Shown here one piece after another: positions 30,357-39,364 of a stretch of 64,000 bases of DNA. Position numbers and translations under genes: made by a program. The notes beneath the pieces are model-generated. The model saw nothing but the letters and a program-made list of their open reading frames with translations, did no database searches and was not told the origin of the DNA. Source of the DNA: Alphaproteobacteria bacterium (GTDB taxonomy: Bacteria; Pseudomonadota; Alphaproteobacteria; GCA-2731375); the NCBI GenBank assembly GCA_965232515.1, contig CBDDPY010000002.1, positions 4,864,001-4,928,000 on the forward strand, read 5' to 3'. Each line of letters begins with the position of its first letter. The stretch's first letter is position 1.

Positions 30357-31391
30357 ATGCGCCATCCCGCCATCGAGTCGTTCAGCGATATCCACCGCCT
30401 GATGGCCGATCTGCCAGATCGGGACCCGGCCGCGCTGGCGGCCGCCGAGGCCCGCGAGGTCAGGCTGACCAAGCCGGCCGGCGCGCTCGGCCGCCTGGAA
30501 ACGCTGGCGGCCTGGGTCGCGGGCTGGCAGGGCCGGCATCCGCCGCGGCTGGACTGCATGCGCGTCCTGGTGTTCGCCGGGAACCACGGCGTCGCAGCGC
30601 GCGGCGTTTCCGCCTTTCCGGCCGAGGTGACGGTGCAGATGGTCGCGAACTTCCAGGCCGGCGGCGCCGCGATCAACCAGCTTTGTGACGCCATGGGCGC
30701 CGAGCTCGTCGTGCGGGCGCTCGATCTCGACCGCCCGACGGACGATTTCACGGTCCAGCCGGCGATGGGCGAGGGCGATTGCGTGCAGGCCTTCGCCGCC
30801 GGTATGGCCGCCGTCGAGCCGGATCTGGACCTGATTTGCGTCGGCGAGATGGGCATCGCCAACACGACGTCGGCGGCGGCCCTCTGCGGTCTGCTGTTCG
30901 GCGGCGCGGCCGCCGATTGGGTCGGGCCGGGCACCGGCGTCGCCGGCGACGATCTCACGCGCAAGACCGATGCGGTGGCGGCCGCCATGGCGCGGCACGA
31001 CAAGGTTTCCGCCGATCCGCTGGCCGTCCTGGCAGCCGTCGGCGGCCGCGAACTGGCGGCCATGGCCGGCGCCGTTCTCGCCGCCCGGCTGAATCGTGTC
31101 CCGGTGCTGCTCGACGGTTATGTCTGCTGTGCCGCCGCCGCGGTGCTGCACGCGCTGACGCCGGCGGCCCTGGCGCATTGTCAGGCCGGCCATGTCTCGG
31201 CCGAGCCGGCGCATGCCAAGCTATTGGCGTTATTGGAGAAATCGCCGCTGCTCGACCTCGGCATGCGGCTCGGCGAAGCCTCCGGCGCCGCCGTCGCCAT
31301 CGGCGTCGTCAAAGCCGCCGTCGCAGCGCATGCCGGTATGGCCACCTTCGCCGATGCCGGCGTTGCCGATGGCCCTGGCGATCCCTCTTGA
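30357..31391 (+). CDS. cobT: Nicotinate-nucleotide--dimethylbenzimidazole phosphoribosyltransferase
   Basis: LTKPAGALGRLE, FAGNHGV, GEMGIANTT, GPGTG, GGRELAA, LDG, LGMRLGEASGA. Confidence 0.95.
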   Translation: MRHPAIESFSDIHRLMADLPDRDPAALAAAEAREVRLTKPAGALGRLETLAAWVAGWQGRHPPRLDCMRVLVFAGNHGVAARGVSAFPAEVTVQMVANFQAGGAAINQLCDAMGAELVVRALDLDRPTDDFTVQPAMGEGDCVQAFAAGMAAVEPDLDLICVGEMGIANTTSAAALCGLLFGGAAADWVGPGTGVAGDDLTRKTDAVAAAMARHDKVSADPLAVLAAVGGRELAAMAGAVLAARLNRVPVLLDGYVCCAAAAVLHALTPAALAHCQAGHVSAEPAHAKLLALLEKSPLLDLGMRLGEASGAAVAIGVVKAAVAAHAGMATFADAGVADGPGDPS

Positions 31392-31486
31392 TGACTGCCA
31401 AGACGTGAATTATCTAACGGCCAAAACGAGTTCGCGTCCAAACGTGCGCGTGCGGAGAGCGTTAAAACAGTGAGGCACGTCAAGCC

Positions 31487-32425
31487 ATGAATACGATGAT
31501 CAACGTCGACGGCCTGGTGAAGGACTTCGGCCTGATCAAGGCCGTGGACGATGTGACGTTCACGGTCGATCGCGGCGAGGTCCTGGGCTTTCTGGGCCCG
31601 AACGGCGCCGGCAAATCCACCACCATGAAGATGATCACGGGCTTTCTGACGCCGACGGCGGGCCGGGTCTCGGTCTGCGGCCACGACGTGGTCGACCGGC
31701 CGATCCAGGCCAAGGCGCAGATCGGCTATCTGCCCGAAGGCGCGCCGGCCTATGCCGACATGACGCCGCGCGGCTTCCTGAAGTTTATCGCCGAGATCCG
31801 TGGCTTTTCCGGCGCCGAAGCCCAGCAGCGCATCGACGCCGCCGTCGCCAAGGTGCAGCTGCGCGAGGTGATGGACCAGTCCATCGACACGCTGTCCAAG
31901 GGCTTCAAGCGCCGGGTCGGGCTGGCGCAGGCGATCCTTCACGATCCGCCCGTTTTGATCCTGGACGAGCCGACCGACGGCCTGGACCCGAACCAGAAGC
32001 ACGAGGTCCGCGCGCTCATCGGCGAGATGTCGCAGGACAAGGCGATCATCATCTCGACCCACATCCTGGAGGAGGTCGACGCCGTCTGCACCCGGGCGCT
32101 GATCATCGCCAAGGGCCGCATCGTCGCCGACGGCACGCCGGACCAGCTCGAGGCCCGCTCCGAGCTGCACAACGCGGTGTCGATCACCACCACGGCCGAT
32201 GGCGCGGCAGACGCCCTCACCGGTCTGCCCGGCGTGCGCAAGGTCGAACGGGTCGGCGACAACATCTACCGGGTCTATCCGCAGAACGGCCAGTCGGTGA
32301 TCGCCGAGGTCAGCGCGCACGCGCGCCAGCAGGGCTGGCCGGTCGATCAGCTGATCGTCGAGAACGGTCGGCTGGACGAGGTCTTCCGCCGGATCACGGC
32401 GGACGGCGAGTCGGAGGCGGCCTGA
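31487..32425 (+). CDS. ABC-2 type ATP-binding protein (GldA-like)
   Basis: GFLGPNGAGKSTT, LSKGFKRRVG, LDEPTDGLDP, STHILEEV. Confidence 0.92.
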   Translation: MNTMINVDGLVKDFGLIKAVDDVTFTVDRGEVLGFLGPNGAGKSTTMKMITGFLTPTAGRVSVCGHDVVDRPIQAKAQIGYLPEGAPAYADMTPRGFLKFIAEIRGFSGAEAQQRIDAAVAKVQLREVMDQSIDTLSKGFKRRVGLAQAILHDPPVLILDEPTDGLDPNQKHEVRALIGEMSQDKAIIISTHILEEVDAVCTRALIIAKGRIVADGTPDQLEARSELHNAVSITTTADGAADALTGLPGVRKVERVGDNIYRVYPQNGQSVIAEVSAHARQQGWPVDQLIVENGRLDEVFRRITADGESEAA

Positions 32426-33159
32426 TGGGCAATACCTTCACGATCTTCAAGCGCGAGCTGAAGGGCTACTTCAACACGCCACTCGCCTACATCTTCATCG
32501 TCATCTTCCTGTTTCTGACCGGCATCTTCACCTTCTATCTCGGCGCCTTCTTCGAGCGCAGCCAGGCCGATCTGAAGCCGTTCTTCACCTTCCACCCCTG
32601 GCTCTACTTGTTCCTGGTGCCGGCGATCTCCATGCGCCTGTGGGCGGAGGAACGCAAGGCTGGCTCGATCGAGCTGCTGCTGACCCTGCCGGTGTCGCTG
32701 ACCGCCGCCGTGCTGGGCAAGTTCCTGGCCGCCTGGGTCTTCACCATCATCGCGCTCGCCTGCACCTTCCCGATGTGGATCACGGTCAGCTATCTCGGCA
32801 ATCCGGATCACGGCGTGATCCTGGCCGGTTATATCGGCAGCGCGCTGATGGCTGGCGGCTATCTCGCGATCGGCGCCTGCATTTCGGCGGCAACCAAGAA
32901 CCAGGTCATCGCCTTCGTCGTCAGCGTCGTGATCTGCTTCGTCTTCACGGTGTCGGGCGCGCCCATCGTGCTCGATTTCTTCGCCGCCTGGGCGCCGCAG
33001 GTGCTGCTGGACACGATCGCGTCGTTCAGCTTCCTCGGCCATTTCCAGGCCATCGTCGACGGCGTCATCGACCTGCGCGACATCGTGTTTTTCCTCTCGC
33101 TGATCGCGTTCTGGCTGTTCGCCAACCTGATCGTCGTCGAAACCAACAAGGCCGGATGA
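32425..33159 (+). CDS. ABC-2 type permease (GldF-like)
   Basis: RELKGYFNTPLAY, MRLWAEERKAGSIELLLTLP, GKFLA, TKNQVIA. Confidence 0.9.
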   Translation: MGNTFTIFKRELKGYFNTPLAYIFIVIFLFLTGIFTFYLGAFFERSQADLKPFFTFHPWLYLFLVPAISMRLWAEERKAGSIELLLTLPVSLTAAVLGKFLAAWVFTIIALACTFPMWITVSYLGNPDHGVILAGYIGSALMAGGYLAIGACISAATKNQVIAFVVSVVICFVFTVSGAPIVLDFFAAWAPQVLLDTIASFSFLGHFQAIVDGVIDLRDIVFFLSLIAFWLFANLIVVETNKAG

Positions 33160-33169
33160 GGGACCGCAG

Positions 33170-35128
33170 ATGAACAGAGGCGTTCTTTCCGTCATCGGGC
33201 TGGTGCTGGCGGCCATCACGTTCCTGGCCGTCAATGTCGCGTCCAACAACGCGCTGAACTCGGCGCGACTGGATCTGACCCAGGACCGGTTGTTCACGCT
33301 CAGCGACGGCTCGCGCAACATCATCGCCGCGCTGGAGGAGCCGATCACGCTGCGGCTCTATTTCTCCGAGACCGCGGCCAACGCGATCCCGCAGATCAAG
33401 ACCTACGGCCAGCGGGTGCGCGAGCTGATCGAGGAATACGTCACCCTCTCGGGCGGACGGATTCGGCTTGAGGTGATCGATCCCGAGCCCTTCACCGAAG
33501 CCGAGGACGATGCCGTGCGCGCCGGCCTGCAGGCCGTGCCGCTGACCGCCGGGGTGTCGCTCTATTTCGGCCTAGTCGGCACCAATACCGTCGACGATCA
33601 ACAGGTCGTGCCGTTCTTCAGCCAGGAAAAAGAGCAGTTCCTGGAATACGACCTGACCCGGATCATCTACAACCTGACCGATCCGGCGAAGCCGGTGGTC
33701 GGCCTGATCACGGCGCACCAGATGAACGCCGACGTCTCGCCGCTGATGCGGGTCGGCGGCGGCGGGCCGCAGCCCTGGGCGATTACCGAGACGATCCGCG
33801 AGACCTTCACGCTTCGAACCGTCGACCGCGGCGCCGAGGCCATCGATGAGGATATCGACGTGCTGCTGATCGCGCATCCGGCCGGATTGCCCGATACGCT
33901 GCTCTACGCCATCGACCAGTTCGTACTGCGCGGCGGCAAGGCGCTGGTCTATGTCGATCCGTTCTCCGAGGTCGCGGCGGCGTTCGCCCGGCAGCGCGGC
34001 GGCGCGCCGGACGTGTCCGATCTTGGCCCGTTGCTCGCCGCCTGGGGCGTCGCGGTCGAGGACGGCAAGATCGTCGGCGACTGGGCCGCGGCGCAGCAGG
34101 TCGATGCCGGCACGCCGGGACGGCCGCGGGTCACCCGCTACCTGCCCTGGCTGCAGGTCGATACCGGCAACTACGACGGCGGCGACGTCGTCATGGGCGA
34201 ACTGGGCCCCATTGCGGTCGCCACCGCCGGCAGCATCGTCAAGCTGAGCGAGGGCACGACCGAGGTTACGCCACTGATCACCAGCAGCGACCAGGCCATG
34301 CTCTACGAGGCCGACGACGTGCGCTTCGGGCCGAATCCCCAGGCCCTGATCGAGAACTTCAAGCCGGCGGGCAACAGCTTCGTGCTCGCCGCGCGGATCA
34401 CGGGCGACGTCACCTCGGCCTATCCCGACGGACCGCCGAAGCCGGCCGACGGGGCCGCCGAAAAACCGGCTGGCGAAGAGGCGGAGAAACCGGCGGATGC
34501 CGCCGCCGAGCAGCCGGCGAACGGCAGCGAAGAGCCGATCAAGCATTTGAGCGAGAGCCAGCAGCCGATCAACGTGATCCTGGTGGCGGATTCGGACCTG
34601 CTCTATGACCAGTTCTGGCTGCGGCGGCAAGGTTTCCTCGGACAGCAGCTGGTGATTCCGATCGCCTCCAACGCCGACATGGCGGTCAACGCGCTCGACA
34701 ATCTCGCCGGCTCCAGCGATCTGATCAGTCTGCGCAGCCGGGGCAAGTCGGCCCGGCCCTTCGTCGTGGTCGAGGATTTGCGTCGTGCCGCCGAGCAGAC
34801 ATTCTTGGCCGAGGAGCGCGAGCTGCAGGCCAAGCTCGAGGCGAAGCAGCAAGAGATCAACGAGCTCGAGGGCTCGGCCAATGCCGGCGGCGGCGCCCTG
34901 CTGACGGCCGAGCAGCAGCGCACGATCGTCGAAGCGCGCGAGGAAATCCTCGAGACCCGGCGCGCGCTGCGTGACGTGCAGCACAATCTGAACAAGGACA
35001 TCGAGAATCTGGAAGCGCGGCTGAAGTTCGCCAATATCGGCCTGATCCCGATCGTCATCGGCATCGGCGCCCTGGTATTGGCGGGCTTGCGCATTCAGAG
35101 CCGCCGCCGCGCGCGGCGCACCGACTAG
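33170..35128 (+). CDS. GldG-family ABC auxiliary protein
   Basis: N-terminal TM, RLDLTQDRLFTLS, EYDLT, YAIDQFVLRGG, coiled-coil region and C-terminal TM. Confidence 0.88.
   Translation: MNRGVLSVIGLVLAAITFLAVNVASNNALNSARLDLTQDRLFTLSDGSRNIIAALEEPITLRLYFSETAANAIPQIKTYGQRVRELIEEYVTLSGGRIRLEVIDPEPFTEAEDDAVRAGLQAVPLTAGVSLYFGLVGTNTVDDQQVVPFFSQEKEQFLEYDLTRIIYNLTDPAKPVVGLITAHQMNADVSPLMRVGGGGPQPWAITETIRETFTLRTVDRGAEAIDEDIDVLLIAHPAGLPDTLLYAIDQFVLRGGKALVYVDPFSEVAAAFARQRGGAPDVSDLGPLLAAWGVAVEDGKIVGDWAAAQQVDAGTPGRPRVTRYLPWLQVDTGNYDGGDVVMGELGPIAVATAGSIVKLSEGTTEVTPLITSSDQAMLYEADDVRFGPNPQALIENFKPAGNSFVLAARITGDVTSAYPDGPPKPADGAAEKPAGEEAEKPADAAAEQPANGSEEPIKHLSESQQPINVILVADSDLLYDQFWLRRQGFLGQQLVIPIASNADMAVNALDNLAGSSDLISLRSRGKSARPFVVVEDLRRAAEQTFLAEERELQAKLEAKQQEINELEGSANAGGGALLTAEQQRTIVEAREEILETRRALRDVQHNLNKDIENLEARLKFANIGLIPIVIGIGALVLAGLRIQSRRRARRTD
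34439..34519 (+). repeat. Intragenic imperfect 24-bp (8-aa) tandem repeat, about 3.4 copies
   Basis: Encodes KPADGAAE-KPAGEEAE-KPADAAAE-QPA. Confidence 0.6.
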
Positions 35129-35148
35129 CACAGGCGGAGACCGACGAC

Positions 35149-36255
35149 ATGCGATCGAAATCTCTGACCATTCTCGCCATTCTGGCCGTCACCTCGGTCG
35201 TGGCCGCGGTCGCGGCGGTCTATCAGCGGAGCAGCATCGGCCGCATCGCCGCGCCGTCGGACGCGTTGTTCCCCGGCCTGCTGGAGCGGGTGAACGATGT
35301 CGCCGCGGTGTCCGTGGTGACGCCCGAGGGCGCGTTCACCATTCGCAAGAGCGCGGACGACGCCTGGGTGATGGCCGAGAAAAGCGACTATCCGGTCCAG
35401 TTCGAGACCATCAAGCAGGCCGTGGTCGGCATGGCGTCGCTACGGCCGTTGGAGGCCAAGACGGTCAAGGCCGACAAATATCCCCGCCTGCAGGTCGCCG
35501 ATCCCGATCCGGATAACGCCGGCAGTGGCGAAGGCACGCTGATCCGGTTGGAAGACGCTGGCGGCGGCGAGATCGCCGGCCTGATCGTCGGCAAGACCAA
35601 ATCGGTCGAAACCAGTTCGCGGCCCGGCTGGTATTACGTGCGCAAGCCGGGCGACGCGCAGTCCTGGCTCGCCAGCGGCCGGATCGAGGTCTTCGAGAAG
35701 GCGACCGGCTGGCTCGACGCCACGATGATCCGGATCGAGCGCACGCGCATCCGCGCCGCCGAGACCGTTCAGCCCGACGGCACCGCGCTGCAGATCAGCC
35801 GCACCGATCCGCGCGGCCGCGACTTCGACGTCGACAATGTGCCCGAAGGCGGCAAGGTCAGCTTCGAAACCGCGCCGAACGCGCTCGGCTCGGCGCTTAC
35901 CTACGTCAGCTTCGACGATGTCCGGCCGGCGAGCGACGTCAGCTTCGACAGCGCCGGCAAAGCGGTCTTCAGCACCTTCGATGGCCTCGTGGTGACGACC
36001 GAACTGGCCGACATCGACGACGTGACCTGGGTGCGTTTCTCGGCCGCGTTCGACGAAGCGGCCGTTGCGCTGGATGGATTGAGCGAAGACGACGCCAAGG
36101 CGATGATGTCGGCAGACGACGTCAAGGCCGAGGCCGAGCGGATCAATACGCGCTACGGCGCCTGGGCCTATCGCCTGCCAGACTACAAGATCAAGGACCT
36201 GCGCACCGCGCTTAGCGACGTCGTCACGTCGGAGGACGGGGACGGCAAGTCCTGA
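35149..36255 (+). CDS. DUF4340 domain protein
   Basis: N-terminal anchor, LFPGL, W...DYPV, LIVGK, YVRKPGD..SW, W.YRLP; usual fourth gene of GldA/F/G-like operons. Confidence 0.8.
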   Translation: MRSKSLTILAILAVTSVVAAVAAVYQRSSIGRIAAPSDALFPGLLERVNDVAAVSVVTPEGAFTIRKSADDAWVMAEKSDYPVQFETIKQAVVGMASLRPLEAKTVKADKYPRLQVADPDPDNAGSGEGTLIRLEDAGGGEIAGLIVGKTKSVETSSRPGWYYVRKPGDAQSWLASGRIEVFEKATGWLDATMIRIERTRIRAAETVQPDGTALQISRTDPRGRDFDVDNVPEGGKVSFETAPNALGSALTYVSFDDVRPASDVSFDSAGKAVFSTFDGLVVTTELADIDDVTWVRFSAAFDEAAVALDGLSEDDAKAMMSADDVKAEAERINTRYGAWAYRLPDYKIKDLRTALSDVVTSEDGDGKS

Positions 36256-36304
36256 GGTCCGCGGCGTGCGAGCAACTTCCGTCATCGTATGTAACCGTCG
36301 TCAC

Positions 36305-36320
36305 TGGCACGGGACGTGCG
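36305..36320 (+). promoter_or_regulatory. Possible sigma54 (-24/-12) promoter
   Basis: TGGCACG-GGAC-GTGC with exact GG-N10-GC spacing; one mismatch to the TTGC consensus. Confidence 0.4.
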
Positions 36321-36447
36321 AATCAGCTATCCACCTGTCTGTCGATCGACGCGTACCAGTAGCGCGCGTCTGTATGCGTACCCCGGGGCCGCCGACGGGC
36401 GGCCCCAAACTTCTCCGAACATTGCGGTCCAAGGTTTCCGCCGGCGT

Positions 36448-36476
36448 CTTGACGACGCATCGGCGTCGACGCATAT
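36448..36476 (+). promoter_or_regulatory. Putative RpoD/RpoH-type promoter for htpG
   Basis: CTTGAC-N17-GCATAT, close to the alphaproteobacterial CTTGAC-N17-CTATAT consensus, 80 bp upstream of htpG. Confidence 0.5.
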
Positions 36477-36556
36477 GGCAGACGACGCTGCCGGCATAGC
36501 CGCGTCGGCGGCCCATTCCGCAACAATGCATCTAAACGAATAAGAGCAGGACTGAC

Positions 36557-38431
36557 ATGAGCGAGGAAAAACTGTCGTTCCAGGCAGAGGTGGCCAAGCT
36601 GCTGAAGCTGATGGTGAATTCCGTCTACAGCGACAAGGAAGTTTTTCTGCGCGAACTGATCTCGAATGCGTCTGACGCCTGCGACAAGCTGCGCTATCAG
36701 GCCATCACCGAGCCGGCGCTTACGGCGGATGATCCGGATTTTCGCCTGTCGTTGAAGATCGACAAATCAGCCCGCACGATCGAGCTGGCCGACAACGGCG
36801 TCGGCATGAACCGCGATGATCTGATCGCCGATCTCGGCACCATCGCGCGCTCGGGCACCGGCGCCTTCGTCGAACAGCTCTCGGGCGACGCCGCCAAGGA
36901 CATGGCGATGATCGGCCAGTTCGGCGTCGGCTTTTATTCCGTGTTCATGGTCGCCGACCGGGTCGACGTGATCAGCCGCAGGGCCGGCGAAGAACAGGCC
37001 TGGAAATGGTCGTCGGACGGTCTCGGCGAATTCACCATCGTCGAGTCCGAGCGGGACGGCCGCGGCACCACGATCGTCATCCACGTGCGCGACGGCGAGG
37101 ACGAATGGCTCGAGCCCGAGCGCCTGAAAGCCGTGGTCAAGACCCATTCCGACCATATCGCCCTGCCGATCGTGCTGCGGGGCGATGACGGCGAAGAAGC
37201 GTTGAATGCCGCCTCGGCGCTGTGGACGCGGGCGAAGAAGGACATCACGCCAGATCAGTACAAGGAATTCTACCACCACGTCGGTCGCGGCTTCGACGAT
37301 CCCTGGCTCACCGTCCACTACAAGGCCGAGGGCAAGATCGAGTATTCCGTGCTGCTGTTCGTGCCGACGCAGCGGCCGTTCGATCTGTTCGATCCGGCCC
37401 GGCGTCACGGCGTCAAGCTCTACGCCAAGCGTGTCTTCATCGCCGACGAGTGCGAGGGGCTGGTGCCTGGTTATCTGCGGTTCCTCAAGGGGATCGTCGA
37501 CAGCGAGGACCTGCCGCTCAACATCAGCCGGGAGATGCTGCAGTCGAGCCCGATGGTCACCCATATCGGCAAGGCCGTGACCAACCGCGTGCTCTCCGAG
37601 TTGAAGAAAAAGGCCGAGAAGGCGCCGGACGAATATGCCGAGTTCTGGAAGAACTTTGGGCCGGTGCTTAAGGAAGGCATCTACGAGGACACGGACCGCC
37701 GCGACGACCTGCTGGCCCTCTCCCGCTTCCGCTCGATCAACAGCGAGACGCCGATCAGCCTGCAGGACTATATCGCGGCCATGAAGGACGGCCAGCAGGC
37801 GATCTACTACATCACCGGCGAGGACGCCGACGCGCTCGCCAAGAGCCCGCAGCTCGAAGGCTTCCGCGCCCGCGGGCTCGACGTCCTGCTGCTGACCGAT
37901 CCTGTCGATGATTTCTGGCTCCAGATCGTGCCGAACCACGACGGCAAGGAGTTCAGGTCGGTGACCCGGGGCGGCGCCGACCTCTCCGATATTGCCGTCG
38001 ACCAGGCCGACGCCGCCGCGGACGACGACGCCACGGCGGTACGCGATTCCGAGATCGCCACGCTGATTGCGCTTCTGAAGCAGAACCTTGGCGACGCGGT
38101 GAAGGACGTGCGCACATCCGACCGTCTGACCGACAGCGCCGTGTGTCTCGTCGCCGACGAAGGCGATATCGACATGCATCTCGAACGCATGCTGAAGGCG
38201 CATCAGCGTCTCGAGCAGGCCTCGGCCCGGATCCTCGAGATCAATCCGCGCCACGCGTTGATCAAGGCCCTGAGCGCGCGTGTCGGTGAGAAGGGCGCCG
38301 CCGACAAGTTCGCCGATATCTCGCTTCTGTTGCTCGATCAGGCCCGCATCATCGAGGGCGAGCCCCTGCCCGATCCCGCCGCCTTCTCCCGCCGCATGGC
38401 GGACGTGATGGCGAAGGGGCTGGTGGCTTAG
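36557..38431 (+). CDS. htpG: Molecular chaperone HtpG (Hsp90)
   Basis: FQAEV, YSDKEVFLRELISNASDA, DNGVGM, IGQFGVGFYS, SEDLPLNISRE, LEINP. Confidence 0.97.
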   Translation: MSEEKLSFQAEVAKLLKLMVNSVYSDKEVFLRELISNASDACDKLRYQAITEPALTADDPDFRLSLKIDKSARTIELADNGVGMNRDDLIADLGTIARSGTGAFVEQLSGDAAKDMAMIGQFGVGFYSVFMVADRVDVISRRAGEEQAWKWSSDGLGEFTIVESERDGRGTTIVIHVRDGEDEWLEPERLKAVVKTHSDHIALPIVLRGDDGEEALNAASALWTRAKKDITPDQYKEFYHHVGRGFDDPWLTVHYKAEGKIEYSVLLFVPTQRPFDLFDPARRHGVKLYAKRVFIADECEGLVPGYLRFLKGIVDSEDLPLNISREMLQSSPMVTHIGKAVTNRVLSELKKKAEKAPDEYAEFWKNFGPVLKEGIYEDTDRRDDLLALSRFRSINSETPISLQDYIAAMKDGQQAIYYITGEDADALAKSPQLEGFRARGLDVLLLTDPVDDFWLQIVPNHDGKEFRSVTRGGADLSDIAVDQADAAADDDATAVRDSEIATLIALLKQNLGDAVKDVRTSDRLTDSAVCLVADEGDIDMHLERMLKAHQRLEQASARILEINPRHALIKALSARVGEKGAADKFADISLLLLDQARIIEGEPLPDPAAFSRRMADVMAKGLVA

Positions 38432-38462
38432 CCGGGCAAACTATTGAAGGCTTTGATCCCGT

Positions 38463-38541
38463 AGCCCTCACCCTCCCACACGACTGGTGTCGCGCGGGTC
38501 CCTCCCTCTCCCGCAAGCGGGAGAGGGCTGGGGTGAGGGCT
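38463..38541. repeat. Palindromic REP-like element (CCCTCACCC / CCCTCTCCC-GGGAGAGGG type) between convergent genes
   Basis: AGCCCTCACCC (38463-38473) pairs with GGGTGAGGGCT (38531-38541); inner hairpin CCCTCTCCCGC-AA-GCGGGAGAGGG. Confidence 0.75.
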
Positions 38542-38543
38542 GT

Positions 38544-39224
38544 TTATTCAAACCCGCTGAACCGCGCGAACTCCGCCACCGGCGCCCGTTCCGTGCGCAG
38601 GCTGTTCTCGATCGCACCGTCGTCCTCGTAACCCAGCGACATGCCGCAGACCAGCGCCTCGTTCTCGGGCACGTCGAGATGCTTGCGGACGATTCTGTGG
38701 AAGCGCGGCCAGGCGGCCTGCGGGCAGCTGTGCAGGCCGAAGCCGCGGGCCGCCGTCATTACGTTGCCGATGAACATCCCGTAATCGAGCCAGCTGCCGA
38801 TCTCCAGCCGCTTGTCGATGAAGAAGAACAAGCCGACCGGCGCGTCGAACAGCAGGAAGTTCCGGTCGTGCTGATGATAGGCCTTCTCGCGGTCGCCCTT
38901 CTCGATGCCCAACAGGCCGTAGAGCGCCCAGCCGACGGCGCGGCGACGCGCCAGGTACGGCTCTGGAAATCGGTCGGGGTAGTAATCGAATTCCGCCTTG
39001 TGAATGCTGCCGTCCTTGTCCTCGGCCCGGGCCGCGCGCGTCTCGGCGCAGAGCGCGTCCTTGGCGGCGCCGGCGCAGACATAGACCTTCCAGGGCTGGG
39101 TATTGGTACCGCTCGGCGCGCGCGAAGCGATTCTCAGGATCTCTTCCACGGTCTCGCGCGGCACCGGCGTCGGCAGAAAGGCGCGGACCGAGCGGCGGCT
39201 GGTGATGGCCTCATGGGCATGCAT
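38544..39224 (-). CDS. Nitroreductase family protein
   Basis: AITSRRSVRAF, APSGTNTQPW, FDAPVGL, DYGMF, GLHSCPQ, CGMSLGY. Confidence 0.92.
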   Translation of the reverse strand: MHAHEAITSRRSVRAFLPTPVPRETVEEILRIASRAPSGTNTQPWKVYVCAGAAKDALCAETRAARAEDKDGSIHKAEFDYYPDRFPEPYLARRRAVGWALYGLLGIEKGDREKAYHQHDRNFLLFDAPVGLFFFIDKRLEIGSWLDYGMFIGNVMTAARGFGLHSCPQAAWPRFHRIVRKHLDVPENEALVCGMSLGYEDDGAIENSLRTERAPVAEFARFSGFE

Positions 39225-39306
39225 GTGCGGAACTCCGGAACCAATCAACAATCGTTGGGAATCGTCGGCTGACAGCGGATCTTGCGACATCGTGCCGGCG
39301 CGACGC

Positions 39307-39336
39307 AAAGAAAAGCCCGGCCGTTTCAGGCCGGGC
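39307..39336 (-). terminator. Rho-independent terminator after the DUF1223 gene
   Basis: Minus strand GCCCGGCC-TGAAAC-GGCCGGGC-TTTTCTTT. Confidence 0.65.
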
Positions 39337-39364
39337 GGGAGCTTACACGACGTATCAGAGGAGG

